A DNA stretch of 64,000 nt, from assembly GCA_000708835.1 (NCBI GenBank), contig DF237157.1:62001-126000 (forward strand). Reading direction: 5' to 3'. The notes beneath the pieces were generated by a model, which was not told the DNA's origin, searched no databases, and worked only from the letters and a program-made list of their open reading frames with translations. A program made the position numbers and the translations under genes. This DNA comes from Klebsormidium nitens. Lineage: Eukaryota; Plantae; Klebsormidiophyceae. Positions within the stretch are counted from its first letter, which is position 1, and each line of letters opens with the position of its first letter. Shown here one piece after another: positions 59,201 through 64,000 of this stretch.

Positions 59201-62200
59201 AGGTACGAGCTTCTCGGAGGTGGGGCCACGAACGAGGTCAAAGAGCTGGTCGACTTGACGGGTGAGGGCGCATTAACTGCGTTTTTTCGTGAGAGCTACC
59301 GTGACACTCGCTCTTATCATATAACTAAAGTGACATTTCTCAAAGCAGAACCTTAGTCAAGTTGCAGGTTATATGTATACATCCAAGAAGGCCCTCTCCG
59401 AGGCGACCAGTCTCTCCTAAATTGGTAGTGCTCCTAAGACGCCCTGTTCTTCCATCACGCTCTGCAGAGCCGAGCTGAAACCCCCGCTTGTCTTTTCTCT
59501 GCTTTTCCCAGGATACACCTACCCGCCAACAAGGCCCTCTCCGAGTTGACCAGCACGCAAAGTTTTTCAACATTTCTCCTTAAAATCGAGGCCTTGTCCG
59601 CTACATGCTCGCCACTCTGCATCTATTGCACGACTTGAAAGCAGAAGTTTGTCAATTTGCAGGATACACGTACCCGCCCAACAAGGCCCTCGCCGAGCCG
59701 ACCAGCGCGCAAACTCTTCCAACATTTACTTCCTGAAAGGGAGGCCTTGTCCGCTACTTTGCAAGACCTAAAAGCAGGACTTTTCTCCTTCTGCAGGTTA
59801 CACTTACACGCCCAACAAGGCCCTCTCCGAGCCGACCAGCGCGCGCAAGACCCCCGCCGCCCGCCGGATGGCGCAGCTCACCAGCGGAGGTAGCCCGCCG
59901 GAGCTCGCGGCGCTCGAGGACGCTGCCACGTGTCAGGACGAGGAAGACGCCACGTGGCATCATGTGGGTGCCGAAGAAGACGCTTATGCTGGGGACGAGG
60001 GCAACGGGATAGGGGGAGATGTGAACGGGGACTTGGAAGTTGGTGGAACGGCAGAGATTAATGCAGAAGCACAGGAAGCGCTTGTTGGTATGGAAAGCTT
60101 CAAGGGCGTCGGAAAGAAGGTCGGAATCTATGATCTGGCGAGCAGCCACGGAGAAAGGCCAGGGCAAGACGAGCGCATGCCAAGTGTGGCAGTGTCCGAC
60201 GGGGCACCGGAAAAGATGACGTCAGCGGAAGGTGCCCCAGTAGTGCTGGCTTTTGACACCCTGCCCAAGGAGACTGAGGCACTAAGTCAAGAAGATGGTG
60301 TGAATGCGGTCGGCGATGTGGAGAGCTTGCTAGTGAGAGAGGGCGGGGTAGCTGTTCACACCAAGAGGACGACTCGGCGGTCGGCAGCTGCTACTGTGAA
60401 GGCGCCCAAAACGCAGTGGGTTGTTCGGGAGGGTTCGGCGGAGGGGTTAGCGGCAAACCCTCGGCGGAAAGCATCTGAGCGGAAGTCGGTGGCTCTGGGA
60501 ACGAGTTCCGCTGGGCAGACCAAGCGGAAAGACTCCGTTCGAGAGGAAACTGGACTTCTTGAAAACAGTGCTTCAGAGAGTGCGGGAGACAAGCTTACGA
60601 GGAGCGAGGTTGATGTAACCGGAGGAGAGGGTTTGGCAGACGAAGGAGGGTTAACGACCGAGAGTTCCGGTGAGAGGGGGCTGCGTAGAGGCAAGGCGGG
60701 GATAAAGACGGTTAGCTTTGCGGCCAGGGTCGAGGCGGGGGTCAGTGATTCGTTTAAGTTGGCGGTTAGCGGGAAGGATGTCGGGTTGCAGGCTCACAAC
60801 GGGCAGGGTTTTAAGGAGAGGGTTACGAACGGAAGGGCTGGTAACCGCCGCAAGAGTTTGGGAGCCGGACTTTTGGCTGGACACGAAGTCGAGAAAGAGA
60901 CCGGCGATGTTGCTAGCGCCAACGGTGGTCAGGAACTAACCACCGAGGAAACCGGGGCCAAGCAGACTCGGAAGCAGGCTGGTGGCCGGAAGAGGGTTAG
61001 CTTTGCGGCTTCCCCTAACCCCATTGGTGCGAGTGAGACCGCAGAAACGGAACGGCGTTCGAAGAGTAAGGCGGCGCAGGCAGCCGCACGAAGGCAGAGC
61101 GTGGGCGCCGGAGTTCTGCCCCCCGGAAACGCTGACGTCAGCGAGGAAGTGCCTGCAGTTCACGGGTCCGTGCCTGCTGTCGTCAGCGTAGTCGTTACGG
61201 CGACTGACGTGGCGGGTGCGCCAACTTCGCAGTCTGCAAGCGAGCAAGAAGTTGCTGGGAATGGCGCGAGATCTGGCGTCAAAAAGGCACGTGGGCGGCG
61301 CGCTGTTGGAAAGAAGGTTGCGGCTAGCGAAGGCGAGTCGCACGGCGCGCTTGCGGACGGATCGAGTGATGTTCTCCAGAGTGTGGAGCCTGCGACGGCC
61401 TCGGCGACCGGAGCAAAGGGCCGCCCTGCGAGGAGCAAAGGGGCGGTGTCTGATGGGGCAGAAAAAGAGGGAGTGACGTCAGCAGGGAGGACACGTGGCA
61501 GCCGGGCGGGAGAGGGTGCGGAGTCTGCGGGAACAGGAGAGGAGAGTCCGCAGAAACGGGGCCGGGGGAGGAAGCGAGCGGTTGAGAAGGTTGATGGGCC
61601 GGTGAACGGGCACGGGAATGGGGAAGCTTTGCAGCCAGCGGCCATAACCGGTGAGACTGTGGAAACCATCGCGCGTCAGGTGCCGGTCGGTTCGAGCCGA
61701 ACCGGGCGCAAATCCACTGTACCGAGGTCTGAGGCCTCAGCAGCCCAGTCGGAAGCGGGCCCGGTCGGAAAGGCAGCGGTCGGGGGAGAACGCCGGGCAC
61801 TTGCTGACAGCACTAATTTCCAGGAAGGAAAGAAAGCGACTGGTACTCGGGGCCAGGGAGCGGTCAAGGGAAAAGCAAATGAAGGGGCCGGGCCCGGAAA
61901 AAGTGTGACTACGGGCGAGAGTGTAAAGGAACCCGCTGACGTGGCGGTTGGAACGCGCATCGAGGTATGGTGGCCGGACGACAAGAGGTGAGGCCCTTTT
62001 TCACCCCTCTTATTGACAAGATACCTAAAGTTGGTTGATTCAGGGTCAACATTTGCGACACCCGCTTTGCCTGATAAATCTGCAATTATAGGTAGCTGTC
62101 CCACATGTCTCGAGCGAAGAGACGGCCTTTGAATGGACACGCGGGGCATGCATTTGCAGTGACGAATATCGCCGCTCTCTGTGCCCAGCTAGTTCTTCAC

Positions 62201-63444
62201 GTATGCATTGACATGCATTACGATATCGGCTCCATTGTGTCAATCGTTTCGGGCACGCTAGACAAGCCAAACACTTCTCCGACCAGCAATTGGTGTGCAG
62301 AGCCTTCCGAAATGATTAACAAAAATTTGTAGCCTAATGTCAAATCTCGTGTAATAGCAGGATCTTCACTTTCAAGGAAAGTGGGATGAATTGGAGCTCC
62401 AGTTGTAGAGAATACCCACAGTTCCTGTGATTTCCCAGAATGCAAGCTCGATGTCAAAGCAGTTTCAGCATCACCGCTGGCCCACTTGACCTGAGTCGAA
62501 GTCAGGAAAGCTTTATCATCGTCCGTTTTCGTGTGACAGGTTTTATGGCGGAATTGTCACAGACTACAAGGCTCGCAACGGAAAGCACAAGGTAAGCGTT
62601 TCAAACGGCAATTGCTGGTCCCACTTGTTCGGCCTTTCGATTCTGGCGAACCTTAAACCCATCCACTGCAACGGGATCGCTGCGTTTGTGACGCAAGCCT
62701 CTACACAACCATTATACAAACCTACACAGCTCGCGCTTAACAATCCATTTGAGGTGTTGTCTTCATCGCTGTCAGGTTTGCTGGCTTGAGCTACCCTCGG
62801 TTTTCATCTACAATTTCCAGACCTTGTGGTCTCGACAACCACTTTTAATAACATTTTCGGAGCCAACAAGTCGACCTGGGCTTGAAAAGGAAACGGTGGT
62901 GGAGCGTGCTTGAGTAGAGATGGCGTCAGGACTGGTCGACCGCTTCTCTGTTCTTCGACGAAGCAGCTTTCAGTTGGAATGTCGCTCGAGAATGTTTTAT
63001 GTATATTTGCCAAATGATGTGCAAGGTCACCCAAACAGTGAACGTACTCTTTGCCCACGTTCTGGTGTTTGCTTCATTCTTCTTCGAGGAAGCAAGTTTA
63101 ATATTGCGATGTCGCTCAAGAACTCTTTGATAGTATGGTGCCGATTGATGTACAAGGTTACCCAAACAGTGGAACCTACCCTTTCGCCCACGTTCTAATG
63201 TTTAGGGCAGGACTAGAGCTAGAGGCTTCAGTATCGGAGTAGCGGTTCCGGCTTCTTCAGAGCGTAGGAGGTGTGACGTAGGAAGCTTTTCAAGCAATAT
63301 GCAGAAGCTGAGCCCCTCCTTCTGTACTCGGAACAGGTTCTGTACGACGATGGCGACTCAGAGGAGTTGCTTTTGTCAAGCGAGCTGTGGCGGCTGGAGA
63401 AAGGGCGCCCCGCAAGAGGGCGAGTTCTGGCTCGGGCAAAATGA
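50285..63444 (+). CDS. Very large (~2290 aa) CKAP2-like microtubule-associated protein with C-terminal Tudor domain, 12 exons
   Basis: Phase-consistent exons: 50285-50427, 50873-51584, 51974-52462, 52861-52939, 53519-55150, 56013-56660, 57209-57301, 57815-58360, 58686-58871, 59797-61987, 62540-62591, 63337-63444 (6879 nt, divisible by 3). CKAP2-like motifs: RKQQLEQWQAQK; YWLGRIREAEVRGDHGSVITLFEQAVEFNAQPAVDL; FVLSPVRRSGRK; LLEMTGYTYTPNKAL. Tudor: VGTRIEVWWPDDKRFYGGIVTDYKARNGKHKVLYDDGDSEELLL. Confidence 0.8.
53745..53933 (+). repeat. Coding 24-bp tandem repeat (~8 units, S-G/A-L-Q-T-P-K-A)
   Basis: Units start at 53745, 53766, 53790, 53814, 53838, 53862, 53886 and 53910, e.g. ctccggccaccaaacccccaaagc / atctgctctccaaacccccaaggt. 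Confidence 0.85.
56111..56278 (+). repeat. Coding 81-bp tandem duplication (27 aa, PVTPADRTGxNVTPxSQVRGVxxTGLV)
   Basis: ccggtaacgccagcagacagaacggg at 56111 and 56192. Confidence 0.9.
58810..59830 (+). repeat. Intron built from donor-junction copies (5' half) and acceptor-junction copies (3' half)
   Basis: Donors: GAGCTGCTCGAGATGACAG|gtgagg (58872, real), GAGCTGCTCGAAATGACGG|gtaagc (59085), GAGCTGGTCGACTTGACGG|gtgagg (59262). Acceptors: cag|GTTATATGTATACATCCAAGAAGGCCCTCTCCGAG (59368), cag|GATACACCTACCCGCCAACAAGGCCCTCTCCGAG (59512), cag|GATACACGTACCCGCCCAACAAGGCCCTCGCCGAG (59663), cag|GTTACACTTACACGCCCAACAAGGCCCTCTCCGAG (59797, real). Confidence 0.9.
62975..63195. repeat. Degenerate ~130-bp tandem duplication in the last intron of the CKAP2-like gene
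   Basis: atgtcgctcgagaa..gatgtgcaaggtcacccaaacagtgaacgtactctttgcccacgttct versus atgtcgctcaagaa..gatgtacaaggttacccaaacagtggaacctaccctttcgcccacgttct, 130-131 bp apart. Confidence 0.75.
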
Positions 63445-64000
63445 GTGAGTTTGATGCCACTGACGTGGATGCTCAGGTTGACTCAGATTTCGAAGGGGGA
63501 CAATGTCGCATCGTAAACCTGAAACACGAAATGAAGAGTGCCTTGAAGCCAGATGGTATTCATCTCTGTTGGACAGAAGACTATCTGTTCAGCGATAGGG
63601 ATTTTGGAGACCTCTACCTGAATGAGCTGCACTGCTTGATTGAGCTGCGTTACATTGCCAGGGTCAATACGAAAGGAAACTTCGATTCTATTGGAGTGCC
63701 CATTAGTGTTTACGAGAAGAGCTTTGCAAATTCCATGTAGTGCCAAGTCGATCATATCTGCAACGTAGCGGGCACCGATCTCAGAACGGTTCTGGGCATT
63801 ATTTTAACAATTCATCAATCTAGGCAACTTCGAAGGCCTACGACTTCGCCCTCTTCTGTTTGCTCTTTCTGCGAATCTGTTTTGCTTTCAAGAAAGCCAA
63901 GGCCCTGATACGAGGACTGGTCTGAAACCAGTTTTTGAGACATCATCTGCAGAACGTTGCACCATCGTTTTGTCTGTTCATGTACAAGTTCAGCATATGT

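Noticed and set aside
63387-63740. 117-aa ORF overlapping the Tudor terminal exon
   Set aside because: Different frame from the spliced Tudor exon and runs into the probable 3' UTR; no motif.

Overview
Eukaryotic, intron-rich (GT-AG) genomic DNA. Gene content and style fit a streptophyte green alga such as Klebsormidium (inference, not confirmed). I spliced the genes by hand from the ORF track. On the minus strand: a class-3 lipase, a 12-exon plastid-type transketolase, a TPMT-family methyltransferase and a dCMP deaminase. On the plus strand: an N-myristoylated vWA + alpha-kinase, a coiled-coil protein, an intronless frameshifted multi-TM protein, an intronless LRR protein fused to an XK/Xkr-like membrane domain (with two lesions), and a ~2290-aa CKAP2-like protein with a C-terminal Tudor domain. 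There is also a 5'-truncated CRE-like non-LTR retrotransposon fragment. Two signals stand out. (1) In four unrelated genes, introns are filled with ~130-250-bp tandem degenerate copies ('echoes') of the adjacent exon/intron junction, and these almost always keep the canonical AG or GT. (2) The LRR-XK receptor/scramblase-like architecture. No database searches or alignments were run; family calls rest on recognised motifs.
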